DNA of 64,000 nucleotides from positions 133,010 through 197,009 of the forward strand of contig JAUSGT010000001.1 in assembly GCA_030648835.1 (NCBI GenBank), given 5' to 3'. Made by a program: the position numbers and the translations under genes. This DNA is from Candidatus Moraniibacteriota bacterium (GTDB taxonomy: Bacteria; Patescibacteriota; Minisyncoccia; Moranbacterales; UBA1568). This document shows positions 38,849-48,517 of the stretch, in pieces. Under the pieces are notes generated by a model. The model was given only the letters and a program-made list of their open reading frames with translations, was not told where the DNA came from and ran no database searches. Each line of letters opens with the position of its first letter. Position 1 is the first letter of the stretch.

Positions 38849-40177
38849 ATGCTCACCGTTCTCATTTTTCTCATTCTTCTTGGGCTTCTGGTGTTTGTCC
38901 ACGAACTTGGTCATTTTTTGACTGCCCGTTTTCATGGTATCAAAGCGGACGAGTTTGGTTTCGGTTTTCCGCCACGGATGGTGGGAATCCAATTTATGCG
39001 GGGCGAAGACAAGAAAAAAATTTCGGAAGTTGAAAGTATTCGGGTGGAGACTGTGGATATAAAGGTGGGAGAAGATGAGATTATTCGGGAAACGATCACC
39101 GAAAAAATGCATACCGTTGAAAAAACGGTGCCAGTCAAGAAATGGAGAATCATTTGGGGAGGGAGAGATGGTGATGATGAGAACGAAAAACAAGATTTGC
39201 ACGAGGCACATACGAAAGGATTTTCAGGTGGAACGATTTATTCTTTGAACTGGCTCCCGCTGGGCGGTTTTGTGAAAATCAAGGGTGAAGACGGACACAA
39301 TCATGATCCGGATAGCTTCGCGGGAAAATCGGCTTGGATTCGTGTCAAAGTTCTGGCAGCCGGTGTGTTTATGAATTTCGTCTTTGCCTGGCTTCTTATT
39401 TCCGTCGTATTCACGTTGGGGCTTCCTCAACCGATTGATCCGGGGCAGCGCGCGCAGTATCCGGATGCCAAGATCCAAATTCTGGAAGTGAAGAAAGGGA
39501 CACCGGCCGCGGCGATGGGACTCATGCTCGGCGATGAAATTCTTACCATCGCGGGGGACAAGATTACAACGCTCGCGCAAGTGAGTGATACGATTGTCGG
39601 GAGCAGGGGAAAAAATCTGGAAATAAAAATAAATCGTTTGGGGAAAGAGATGATTTTGACGGGGGTGCCACGGATTGAATATCCGGCGAGCGAAGGATCC
39701 CTAGGAATCTCTTTTTCGGAAACGGCAATCATAGCCTACCCTTGGTATCAGTCTCTCTATCAAGGACTCATAGCGACATACAATATTACGGGAGCCATCC
39801 TTCAGGCTTTCGGAAAAATGATTGGTGGATTGTTTGGGATGCAAACCGGTCAAGTAGTCGATGTGACTGGGCCTGTTGGCATTGTCTATCTTACCAAGCA
39901 GATGAGCGATCTTGGTCTGGTGTATCTTCTCCAGTTTGCGGCGCTCCTTTCCATCAATCTTGGTATCATCAATATTCTTCCTATCCCGGCGCTTGATGGT
40001 GGACGGATCCTTTTCATTCTTATCGAAAAACTGAAAGGTTCTCCCGTTAGTCAGCGGACAGAAGGGATGATTCACCAAGTCGGTTTCATACTGCTTCTTC
40101 TTCTTATGCTTCTCATCACAATTCGTGATTTCTCCCACTTCCAGATTCTCCAGAAAATCGGTAGCTTCTTCTCATAG
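38849..40177 (+). CDS. rseP: RIP metalloprotease RseP (M50, one PDZ)
   Basis: HELGH, PLGGFV, NILPIPALDGG. Confidence 0.92.
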   Translation: MLTVLIFLILLGLLVFVHELGHFLTARFHGIKADEFGFGFPPRMVGIQFMRGEDKKKISEVESIRVETVDIKVGEDEIIRETITEKMHTVEKTVPVKKWRIIWGGRDGDDENEKQDLHEAHTKGFSGGTIYSLNWLPLGGFVKIKGEDGHNHDPDSFAGKSAWIRVKVLAAGVFMNFVFAWLLISVVFTLGLPQPIDPGQRAQYPDAKIQILEVKKGTPAAAMGLMLGDEILTIAGDKITTLAQVSDTIVGSRGKNLEIKINRLGKEMILTGVPRIEYPASEGSLGISFSETAIIAYPWYQSLYQGLIATYNITGAILQAFGKMIGGLFGMQTGQVVDVTGPVGIVYLTKQMSDLGLVYLLQFAALLSINLGIINILPIPALDGGRILFILIEKLKGSPVSQRTEGMIHQVGFILLLLLMLLITIRDFSHFQILQKIGSFFS

Positions 40178-40329
40178 TGGCAGGGACAAGCCGTTGTATC
40201 GATGCCCTTTCGTTTCAGAGAGGGCATTTTCTTATACCCCTTGACATTTTTACGATTTTTTGGTACAGTGATATGTTTCAAGTTTTTAGTGGGTCAAAAG
40301 GTCTCTTATAAACGCGTATCAGAAAATAT

Positions 40330-40965
40330 ATGAATTTTGCCAGAAAAAAAGGGTTTTTACGGATCGCGAAGGAGAGCATCCCTCAAGGTCTCGCTTTGGG
40401 CATCTTGCTTGTCATTTTTGGCATTGCGGCGGCGTTTGTTTTTCAAGAGCGTTTCAAAGCCAGTGCCGACTTTATGATTTCATCCACTCAGGAAGGTCAG
40501 GATTATTACACAGCGACTCGTTCGGCTGAATATATGAGCCGGGTGCTCGGTGAAATTCTTTACAGTGAAAGTTTCATTACTGCTATCGTCGATACGGGGC
40601 GGGTAGATATCAATTTTTTACCGCGTGACAAGAAAACTCGTTTGGATGATTGGTCAAAGATGCTTCAGGTGAAAACGAATTCAGAGCTGGGATTTATCCA
40701 GGTATCTATTTCGGGCGGGAGCGAACGGGAAGTGTCAAAAATATCACAAGCGGTAATTGCGGTACTCGGTGAAAAGGGGAGCGCGCTTTTCGGGAGCGGC
40801 GGAGAGAAAGTGAGCGTGCGTTTGCTTTCCGGCCCCATCATTGAAAAAAATCCTTCTCCTTCCGAACTGAGCATTATCGTTATCGTCGGATTGATACTCG
40901 GATTCTTCTTGAATTTTACGTGGCATTTGGTGCGTGAGGAATTCCGTTTGGGTTCGCTCGTCTAA
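40330..40965 (+). CDS. Wzz/CpsC-like protein
   Basis: Two terminal TM helices; same layout as the 9553 ORF. Confidence 0.6.
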   Translation: MNFARKKGFLRIAKESIPQGLALGILLVIFGIAAAFVFQERFKASADFMISSTQEGQDYYTATRSAEYMSRVLGEILYSESFITAIVDTGRVDINFLPRDKKTRLDDWSKMLQVKTNSELGFIQVSISGGSEREVSKISQAVIAVLGEKGSALFGSGGEKVSVRLLSGPIIEKNPSPSELSIIVIVGLILGFFLNFTWHLVREEFRLGSLV

Positions 40966-41187
40966 GCGAATGGGGTATGTCGTTCCGCTCTTAAATAGTA
41001 TGGAGGGCGGTCGAGATGTCCGATTTGAATCATAAAAATTCAGATCATTAACAATTAGGCATCGTTTTTCGGGGGCTGTGTTTTCCACAGTCAGTTTTCA
41101 ATCGGAGAGAAGGAGGTAACCGTGAAGCAGCTCAATCCGGGTCGCCCCGCGGTGACCCATCTCAAACCAAGCCAGAAGGAGAGGACT

Positions 41188-42870
41188 ATGAAAAGCACGT
41201 GGATGGCCGCTTTGTTGGCGGTATTCGCTGCGCTCGCCTTCCTCGGGACGGCAGCGCAGGCAGCAGATTTATCGTGTGCGGTGACCCATACGGTCAAAAA
41301 AGGCGAAACGCTCTCGGGTGTTTTGGTAAGCCTTGGGATTCGTCCCTCGCAGAACAATGTCTCGAATGTGGTCGTGGCCAGTAGTCTCAAGGATCCGAAC
41401 ATGATCCTGATCGGCCAGAAGCTTTGCATTCCGCAAGGGATCAAGGTTTCGGTGAACAAACCGGTGAAAGTGAAACTGGTGGTTGATGCCCCTCAATGTA
41501 TCAATCTGGGGCGGGCTCCGTTCAATTGGAGCAACTCTCTCGAGCTTCGGCTCAAAGGGATCGATCTCAACCCTGACCTGACGTCGGCCGAAAAAATCGA
41601 AGCGAAAGCCAAGATTACGGCTGGTCCAGGAAAGAAACAGCTCATCACTTCCGACATGGTTTTCAAGTCCATGCCGTTCCAAGGGAAAGATGGCAAGGTT
41701 CACTTCCTCAATAACGTCAAAGTTTGCACGCCGGAACAAGGTGGGCGGACGGAAGCGATTGAGACGTGGATACTGTCTACGGGAACTATCGTCGGTGATC
41801 CGCTGCGTTGCGGAAATATCAGCGTTGTGTTGATTCCGAAACGGCCTGTTCCTGTTCCGGAACTGCCACCGGTAGAACCCGTCAAACCTGAGCCGCCTGT
41901 GTTTGTGGAACCACCTAAGGTAATAGAACCGCCTAAAGTGGAACCACCGCCGGTAGACGAAATTCCGCCGTTTCATGTGACACCGGAAGAAGTCGCCGGC
42001 AAACCGCGCTGTGAAGCACAGGCGGGTGTAGGCGCCTACGGCAATCGTGTCTATCACGGCAAATGGGCCTATGGCGAAACCATCTGTTACATTTGGAAAG
42101 ATGGTGAGTGGCAAGCCGGTCCTGGCATCTTCGCGATGTACGGTGATGGTCATTCCATGGGTTCCGCGTTTCGCAACAAGGAATACGGGATAGGTTTCCA
42201 AGTCGGAGCTCAACGCAATTGGATCAATGACAAGAACCGTTTGTCGTCATTCGATCTGAAGTTGCGGTTCCTCCCGTGGGATAAAAGCTGGGGTAGCAAC
42301 AATGACTCCGGCTATGCTTTCACTCAACGAGGCAAGAAGATTGGCCTCTACACTAGTTACGCCGAAAGGACGACTGGTGAGAGTGACGGACCATTGGTTG
42401 GTGTTATCGGCGAGTACTGGAAATCGTTCGGCCAAAAAGTGGATTCAACTTGGTCGGCGCAACCGGTGCAGGATCGTGGTTCAATCGCGGCCTATGCCTT
42501 CTACGACACGAAACTGTCGGATGATGGCAAATGGCGCATCCGCTATCTTGGCGGTATCGCACATACCAACTGGGATAGCCAAAACTGGCTCCGGTTGTCG
42601 CCTGAATTCCGCTATAACGAGTGGTTGATGTTTGGTCCACAGCTCACGCTACCGATCGGCATCAGTCAGGCGAATCTGCCGATGACTGCGCACGACTTGA
42701 CTACTCTCGGTGCGTTCGTACGCGTCGAGCTGGGTAAGCCGGTTCGCGAAGCCGATGCCAAACAACGCGAAGGACAGCTCGAATTTATTCCGGTCGGGGA
42801 AGTTGCAAAACAACCCCAAGGCCAACTCGAGTTTGTTCCCGCAACAGAAGCAGCCAAGCCTCCTGAATAA
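41188..42870 (+). CDS. Secreted LysM-domain protein with Pro-rich linker and beta-strand-rich C-terminal domain
   Basis: Signal peptide AQA; HTVKKGETLS...DPNMILIGQKL; PPVEP repeats; alternative in-frame GTG at 41122. Confidence 0.8.
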   Translation: MKSTWMAALLAVFAALAFLGTAAQAADLSCAVTHTVKKGETLSGVLVSLGIRPSQNNVSNVVVASSLKDPNMILIGQKLCIPQGIKVSVNKPVKVKLVVDAPQCINLGRAPFNWSNSLELRLKGIDLNPDLTSAEKIEAKAKITAGPGKKQLITSDMVFKSMPFQGKDGKVHFLNNVKVCTPEQGGRTEAIETWILSTGTIVGDPLRCGNISVVLIPKRPVPVPELPPVEPVKPEPPVFVEPPKVIEPPKVEPPPVDEIPPFHVTPEEVAGKPRCEAQAGVGAYGNRVYHGKWAYGETICYIWKDGEWQAGPGIFAMYGDGHSMGSAFRNKEYGIGFQVGAQRNWINDKNRLSSFDLKLRFLPWDKSWGSNNDSGYAFTQRGKKIGLYTSYAERTTGESDGPLVGVIGEYWKSFGQKVDSTWSAQPVQDRGSIAAYAFYDTKLSDDGKWRIRYLGGIAHTNWDSQNWLRLSPEFRYNEWLMFGPQLTLPIGISQANLPMTAHDLTTLGAFVRVELGKPVREADAKQREGQLEFIPVGEVAKQPQGQLEFVPATEAAKPPE

Positions 42871-43270
42871 GGCGGCTTGGCAAGGACTGACATATCATCC
42901 AAGGTGTATAAAAAGGCTATCGCATCGACGATAGCGGCCTGGTGTATGGAAGGACCTGCTTCGAAATCTATCGAAGGGACGTTAGTGCTTACGCGCTACC
43001 GTCCCTTTATTCTTTTTATGAGGTTTTTAGGAATTTATTTCGATAATGAGTCAATCCAATTTTCAATACCTTTGTATACTATCGCATTTACGTACAGAAA
43101 ATATTTTCTATTTTTGGCTTGATTAAGGGATTAATATGGGTATTGACAGAAACTGACTTATGATGTAGGATACGGAGTCCAGAAATTCCGGACTGTTGTG
43201 CCGAAATAAAGCATTAGGCACGGCAAAATCTTTTTAACGCAGCGCGCAATTACCCTCAAAGGAGGACCCC

Positions 43271-43750
43271 ATGCGCAATTCGCCCCTGAAGTTCGTTTCA
43301 ATTGCGGTCGCACTCGCCTTTTCCGGTTATGCCTACGCCACACCTGAAGCGCTGCCCGCGGGCGCCAAGGTCTCGTGTACCGCCAATGCGGACGGCACCG
43401 GCACGCTGGCAATCAGCGGTGTCGATGTCAAACGCGTGGAGCTGTATGTCCATGCACCGACCTCGAAGAAGAGCATCCTTGATTCGGCAGCCAGTTACAA
43501 GGTGCCGGCCAACGCCACGTTCAACTTTGTCTTCAAGAACGCGGCGGGTGAGGATCGCTACGTCCAGGTCGGCGGTGACAATCCAGCACGTGTTGCCCGG
43601 GTATTCGCGGCAAGCGGCACTGCGGCCAGCGCCAGCACATTCGACGGTGTAATGGCTGTGCCTGACGCGCGTAATGGCGGTATCGGCAACGGCGGAGCGT
43701 CGCTCGGTTGCAGCCACATGTTGCGTCGTACCACGGCCTCAGCCAAGTAG
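43271..43750 (+). CDS. Secreted hypothetical protein
   Basis: SD AAGGAGG; signal peptide AYA; high GC. Confidence 0.65.
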   Translation: MRNSPLKFVSIAVALAFSGYAYATPEALPAGAKVSCTANADGTGTLAISGVDVKRVELYVHAPTSKKSILDSAASYKVPANATFNFVFKNAAGEDRYVQVGGDNPARVARVFAASGTAASASTFDGVMAVPDARNGGIGNGGASLGCSHMLRRTTASAK

Positions 43751-43888
43751 CCCCGGCGCCGGCGACACCAGCGACCAGTACCTTTTTTCAATCACGGCGG
43801 AACCTCGCCACACCCAAGGCCCATGATCTATGATTATGGGCTCTTGACTTTTCTGGGAAAATGGAGTATAATAGCGGGTTGGTATAGT

Positions 43889-43961
43889 GTCACTCTGAGT
43901 CTTGCGAAGAGCCCCGAAGAAAGAGGTAGTAAACGAGATTCTTCGCTTTGCTCAGAATGAC
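43889..43961. repeat. GTCA...TGAC palindromic element
   Basis: GTCACTCTGAG..GCGAAGA ... TCTTCGC..CTCAGAATGAC. Confidence 0.6.
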
Positions 43962-44071
43962 GGAAAAAATTTGTGGTATGGCGGGCGGAATGTTGGTGAT
44001 CCAGTATTCTGCCCGCGATACCGAAAAAGGGTGTCGAGGAGTCAGTACCTACACAATCTTCAGGAGGCGCT

Positions 44072-44974
44072 ATGCGCACATTACTAATGTTAATCGTTGT
44101 TGCTTTACTTTCGGCATGCGCGACGCTTGGTGGCAACACCATGAATCTCGCGGCCGAAGATGGGAAAAAACAAGCGGTGTCAATCGACCCGATTGCTTTT
44201 ACCGGGGTGCAAATGACCCCGGCGATTCAGAGCGGGAAGTACAAAGCATATCTCGCAAGCTTCCCGGAAGAATTCTTTTCCGAGTTTCATCCGTTGCGCT
44301 TTCGCTACAACGCGATCGCGTACGGAAAGGATTCCGGCAAGGAATATCCGGCGCAGGCCATCTATGCCGGGTACGCCCAGTGCGCGTTGCGACTGGTTCT
44401 CATCGTCGAGGGCGACGTGAATGAACCAATTGTTGGCGCGTTCGTAACGACCCGTTTCACGCGGGTGTTCAATCTTCACGGCGAAGAAATCAGCGTGAAG
44501 ACTCCGGAGAAACTGATTTCCGACGCGAAGTATCGCAAGGAGGTTGTTCTTTCCGGTGGGACACTGACGAGCAAGCTGAAAGGTATACCTGTTTTGGGTA
44601 AGAGCGGGATGCAGGAAACATTCGCCTCGTGGAATACGGTGCGAGTGCCAGCCCTCGCGTATGAGATTCGTACGCCGCTTTCCGAAAGACTCGTGAAAAC
44701 GGTGGCGCGCGAGAATCCCGAGCTGAACTTTTCCGAGAAGCTGGTCGGTAACGGCCGTTTCGGAATCAGTCTCAGCTGGTTCGGAATAGCTGCGGGAGCT
44801 GTAGCTGACGTTTTTACGGCAGCCAATGCTCCGAGCAAGGGCTGGGACGAACAGAGTGAGCTCAAGCGTGGCCAGCAGGGCATGATTGCGCGCGTCATAA
44901 AAGCTCAGTACGATGGCGCGATCCGTGCAGGAATGACCTGTACCGCCTCGGACATCAGGCGAGCGGGGTACTGA
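44072..44974 (+). CDS. Hypothetical lipoprotein
   Basis: Lipobox LSAC; SD GGAGG. Confidence 0.7.
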   Translation: MRTLLMLIVVALLSACATLGGNTMNLAAEDGKKQAVSIDPIAFTGVQMTPAIQSGKYKAYLASFPEEFFSEFHPLRFRYNAIAYGKDSGKEYPAQAIYAGYAQCALRLVLIVEGDVNEPIVGAFVTTRFTRVFNLHGEEISVKTPEKLISDAKYRKEVVLSGGTLTSKLKGIPVLGKSGMQETFASWNTVRVPALAYEIRTPLSERLVKTVARENPELNFSEKLVGNGRFGISLSWFGIAAGAVADVFTAANAPSKGWDEQSELKRGQQGMIARVIKAQYDGAIRAGMTCTASDIRRAGY

Positions 44975-45092
44975 AGCAGGCGGCAAGGCGCGGATTTTCT
45001 GGAACGTTCAGGGAATCCGCGCAGTTTTTTTAAATACAACAGACAATTTTTTTTTGAACGCTTACGAACGGGTGAGGTATAATGAACATACG

Positions 45093-45230
45093 TATGCCCG
45101 GTAGTAGAACTTCGACCGAGCATTGAAAGAAATTATGATGAAGCATAAGAGGGTTGTAAAATAAAAGTATATTTGGTTTTGATTACTGTAGTTTTTGTAT
45201 TAAATTGTCGAAGTTTCACTACCGGGTATG
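45093..45230 (+). mobile_element. Start-codon-associated inverted-repeat element, copy 6 (type B)
   Basis: TATG-CCCGGTAGTAGAACTTCGAC...GTCGAAGTTTCACTACCGGG-TATG; 130-bp core; TATAAT 9 nt upstream. Confidence 0.8.
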
Positions 45231-46712
45231 AATCTTGATTCCATCATAGAGAGAGTAAGAGAAAAAATCACCGCTGATGATAAGGCCGTTTTTATTATTG
45301 TTTTGCTTTTTCTCATCACGGCTTTGGCGCGACTGTTGTTCGGTCTGGTGCCGTGGTATTTTCTCATCTTGATGGTGCCGCTGTTTTTCGTCACACTCCT
45401 GCGACCCAAAGCGGGACTGATGGCGATAGTTCTTCTCACGGTTTTATTTGAGCGTTTTTTTACCTTGGAAGCCTTTCAATTCGGACGAGATGTCCTTAAG
45501 CTTTATCCTTTGGACATCATCCTTTTGGGTGTGTACGGAGGGATGATAGCCAAGATATTTTTTGGAAAAATCCGTTATACATGGAAACCGGCTGATATTT
45601 TTTTCATCCTTTTCTTTTTGCTGGCGACGGCGTATTTCATAGCGAGCTTCGTCGGTTTTGGGAGCGACAACATGGCCGTGGCGTTCAGTACGTGGAAAAA
45701 TTATGTTTTTTATGGAATGCTTTTTTTCGCTCTGCCGATACTGTGTGACTCTGAGGCGGACGTGCGGCGTCTTGTGCGGTATTTTCTTGTGGCGGCAACT
45801 TTTGGAATAGTCTTCATCGTAATCGGCGCGGCACGGGGAGAGGGGTTGTGGACCGAGTTCACACCGCTTTCGACCGCGGGTGTGCGCCTTTTGGCGTTTC
45901 CGCACGCTTTTTACTTTTCATTGGCATTTCTCGGAATGTTTGTGTCAGCCGGTTATTGGTCAACAAATAAGTACCGCTTTTTTATCTGGCTGGTGATGGC
46001 GCTCTGGATGTTCGGTATCTTGGGATCGCTGATGCGGCATTTGTGGATCGGTATGGCGCTCTCTTTTGTATGCGCGTTCGTATTTCTTATGGATGAGCGT
46101 GGTCGTCAAGCGGCGAGAACGATGGGAGTGATAGCGCTGGCTTTTGCTACGACACTTTTCTCCCTTTGGTTGTTTCTTTCTTTTCTCTTCCCGACGAGCA
46201 CGGTAGGAGAAGCCTTCCAGGCTTCCAGTCAGGTAGTAGCCGGGCGCGTGATTTCTATCGGCAACGCGGCGGATACCAGTATTTCTTGGCGAGGATCCAC
46301 ATGGCAAAGCGCTTTTATGGAGCTTTCCAAAAACCCGTTATTGGGAACCGGTTTCGGTATGCGCATACCGGTGGAGTCCGGAGAGTATCGCGATTTTATT
46401 GAGATCCGAAATATTCACAACTCCTGGTTGGCGCTTTTGGTGCAGATGGGGCTCTTGGGATTTCTCATCTTTGTTTCTTCGCTGATAGCCTTGGCGCGGA
46501 GAGTTTTTTATCTGATTTTTGACTCCGGCGCAAAATTTTTATCCGCCGTGCGGATCGTGAGCCTGACCCTCTTTCTCTATCAGAGCATAGTGCTTCTGGC
46601 GCAACCGTATTTGGAAACCAACCTGATGGGTATATTTTTTTGGATGACACTGGGGCTCATGAACACCCTGCCTGCTCTTTCACGGAAAAGCATTGAAAAC
46701 CAAACCGTATGA
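45228..46712 (+). CDS. O-antigen ligase / Wzy-like membrane protein
   Basis: Multi-TM; SISWR..TW, PLLGTGFG, IHNSWL..LVQMGLLG. Confidence 0.8.
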   Translation: MNLDSIIERVREKITADDKAVFIIVLLFLITALARLLFGLVPWYFLILMVPLFFVTLLRPKAGLMAIVLLTVLFERFFTLEAFQFGRDVLKLYPLDIILLGVYGGMIAKIFFGKIRYTWKPADIFFILFFLLATAYFIASFVGFGSDNMAVAFSTWKNYVFYGMLFFALPILCDSEADVRRLVRYFLVAATFGIVFIVIGAARGEGLWTEFTPLSTAGVRLLAFPHAFYFSLAFLGMFVSAGYWSTNKYRFFIWLVMALWMFGILGSLMRHLWIGMALSFVCAFVFLMDERGRQAARTMGVIALAFATTLFSLWLFLSFLFPTSTVGEAFQASSQVVAGRVISIGNAADTSISWRGSTWQSAFMELSKNPLLGTGFGMRIPVESGEYRDFIEIRNIHNSWLALLVQMGLLGFLIFVSSLIALARRVFYLIFDSGAKFLSAVRIVSLTLFLYQSIVLLAQPYLETNLMGIFFWMTLGLMNTLPALSRKSIENQTV

Positions 46713-47893
46713 GAATTCTCGAGGTAAATAAATTTTATTATCCACGACGTGGGGCGGAACGCCATTTTTTGGATTGCATCAACCTTTTGAAACAAACCGG
46801 CCACAGCGTGGCCGTTTTCACGATGGATGACAAGCGTACTGTTTCGCGTGAAAACGAAAAATATTTTGTGTCGTCTGTCGGGTACAACGGCAGTGATTCC
46901 AATTTTTTGAGTCGACTAAGAGGTATAGGACGGCTTTTTTGGTCTTTCGAAGCGCGCCGAAAAATGCGAGCTCTCATTCGTGATTTTCGGCCGGAGCTGG
47001 TGCACGTGCACAACGCGTACCATCAGTTGTCGCTCTCGTTTTTTCCTCTGGTGAAGGAGGCGGGTATCCCGCTCATAATGACGGTTCATGATTACGCAAT
47101 GATTTCTCCGGACAAGGATGCTTACTATCCGGCAGTCGGAAAACAATATTTCAAATTTCTTTGGATAAAAAAATACAGCCTGGCGAAGCGGATGCTTTTG
47201 GTAATGAAGAAGTATTGGGAGGACTGGTACGGATTCTACGCTTTTGTGGATTGTTTCATCGTTCCCAGTCGTTTTGTGGAAAACATCCTTCTTTCCACCG
47301 GCATAAAAAAAGAAAAGATGATTGTTCTCCCGCACTTTATCAAGAATGAAAAGAGAGAGTCGGTTTCAAGCGAAGCCCCGACGGATGCGCCGTATGCTTT
47401 GTATTTTGGCGCCATTACGGAAGAAAAAAATATCAGAGAACTGACTGCGATTTTTGAGGAACTGCGCTTTCCGTTGTATCTGGCTGGGGTAAAAGGTATG
47501 GATATAGCGGAGGGGAAATACGTGAAGTATGTCGGAGAGAAAGACACAGAGGTTTTGCGAGTCCTCATAGGCCAGGCTCTGTTTGTCGTGAGCGCGACCC
47601 GACTTCCGGAAACGTTCGGTCTCGTCGCGCTTGAGGCGAATAGTCTCGGGAAGCCGTTTTTTGGCTATGCGACGGGAGCTTTTCCGGAGATTATCGATAA
47701 TGGAAAAAATGGTTGGCTTGTCGGCAGTCGCGGGGAATTGAAAGAGAAAATAGTCGATTTCATCTCGGGCGTTATCCATTCTGATTCTCCCGATAAGATT
47801 TCCGGAAATGCCAAGGAAAAATATGGGGCAGAAAATTATATGAAAAAATTCGAGCAGTTAGTGGGGCTTGTCAAAATGTCGGGAAGAGAGTAG
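46709..47893 (+). CDS. Glycosyltransferase family 4
   Basis: NKFYYPRRGAE, VHVHN, PETFGLVALEA. Confidence 0.88.
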   Translation: MRILEVNKFYYPRRGAERHFLDCINLLKQTGHSVAVFTMDDKRTVSRENEKYFVSSVGYNGSDSNFLSRLRGIGRLFWSFEARRKMRALIRDFRPELVHVHNAYHQLSLSFFPLVKEAGIPLIMTVHDYAMISPDKDAYYPAVGKQYFKFLWIKKYSLAKRMLLVMKKYWEDWYGFYAFVDCFIVPSRFVENILLSTGIKKEKMIVLPHFIKNEKRESVSSEAPTDAPYALYFGAITEEKNIRELTAIFEELRFPLYLAGVKGMDIAEGKYVKYVGEKDTEVLRVLIGQALFVVSATRLPETFGLVALEANSLGKPFFGYATGAFPEIIDNGKNGWLVGSRGELKEKIVDFISGVIHSDSPDKISGNAKEKYGAENYMKKFEQLVGLVKMSGRE

Positions 47894-47958
47894 AGTTTTC
47901 GCTTCTGGTTCTTTGGTGAATTATCTTTGATGTTCAATCAACGCTGGGGAGAGGGAAC

Positions 47959-48423
47959 ATGAGTTTTAAGCTGATGAGCTGGTTTTTGGTGACGGCTGTT
48001 TCATTGATGGTTGCTGTATCATCGCAGGCGGCGGAGGATGATCAGGCACAGGATAACAGTTCGCTTGTCACATTCGTGCCCGTGAGAGAAAAAGCACGGG
48101 AATTGGTTATCGTGGAACTCGTCCGTCCGGATGGTCAAAACAAGAACTATACGGCTCTCGAGAAGAGCATACTTTCGAGCGGTTGGCGGACGGAAAAAAA
48201 TGGCGATTTTTTCGATATTCCCGGCAAGTGTACGATAGAAGCGCTTGCCAATGGTCAATACGCCGTTGATTGCTGGCTCATCCACCTTGAAGGGCGTGAT
48301 GTTTTACGGCAGGAAGTGAAAACTTCCGAAGAAGCCGTTACGACCATCAAGACCTTCTCGCGACTGCGGACGTATCGTCAGCCGCCAAAAAAAGCGAGGC
48401 CGATCAGGACCATATTGGTCTAG
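47959..48423 (+). CDS. Secreted hypothetical protein
   Basis: Signal peptide SQA; G-rich SD. Confidence 0.6.
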   Translation: MSFKLMSWFLVTAVSLMVAVSSQAAEDDQAQDNSSLVTFVPVREKARELVIVELVRPDGQNKNYTALEKSILSSGWRTEKNGDFFDIPGKCTIEALANGQYAVDCWLIHLEGRDVLRQEVKTSEEAVTTIKTFSRLRTYRQPPKKARPIRTILV

Positions 48424-48454
48424 CGGTTCAGTGAGCGGAAAGCGAAATAACAAG

Positions 48455-48488
48455 AACGGGTACCGGGAGAATTTCCTTGTACCCGTTT
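48455..48488. terminator. Bidirectional terminator
   Basis: AACGGGTAC...GTACCCGTTTT between convergent genes. Confidence 0.55.
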
Positions 48489-48517
48489 TACAATTTTTTT
48501 AAGATAAAATTTCCTCT

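Noticed and set aside
43190-43265. c-di-GMP riboswitch in the leader of the 43271 gene (GGCAAA...CGCA)
   Set aside because: The required P1/P2 stems and GNRA tetraloop-receptor could not be built; only a GTGCC/GGCAC hairpin is visible.
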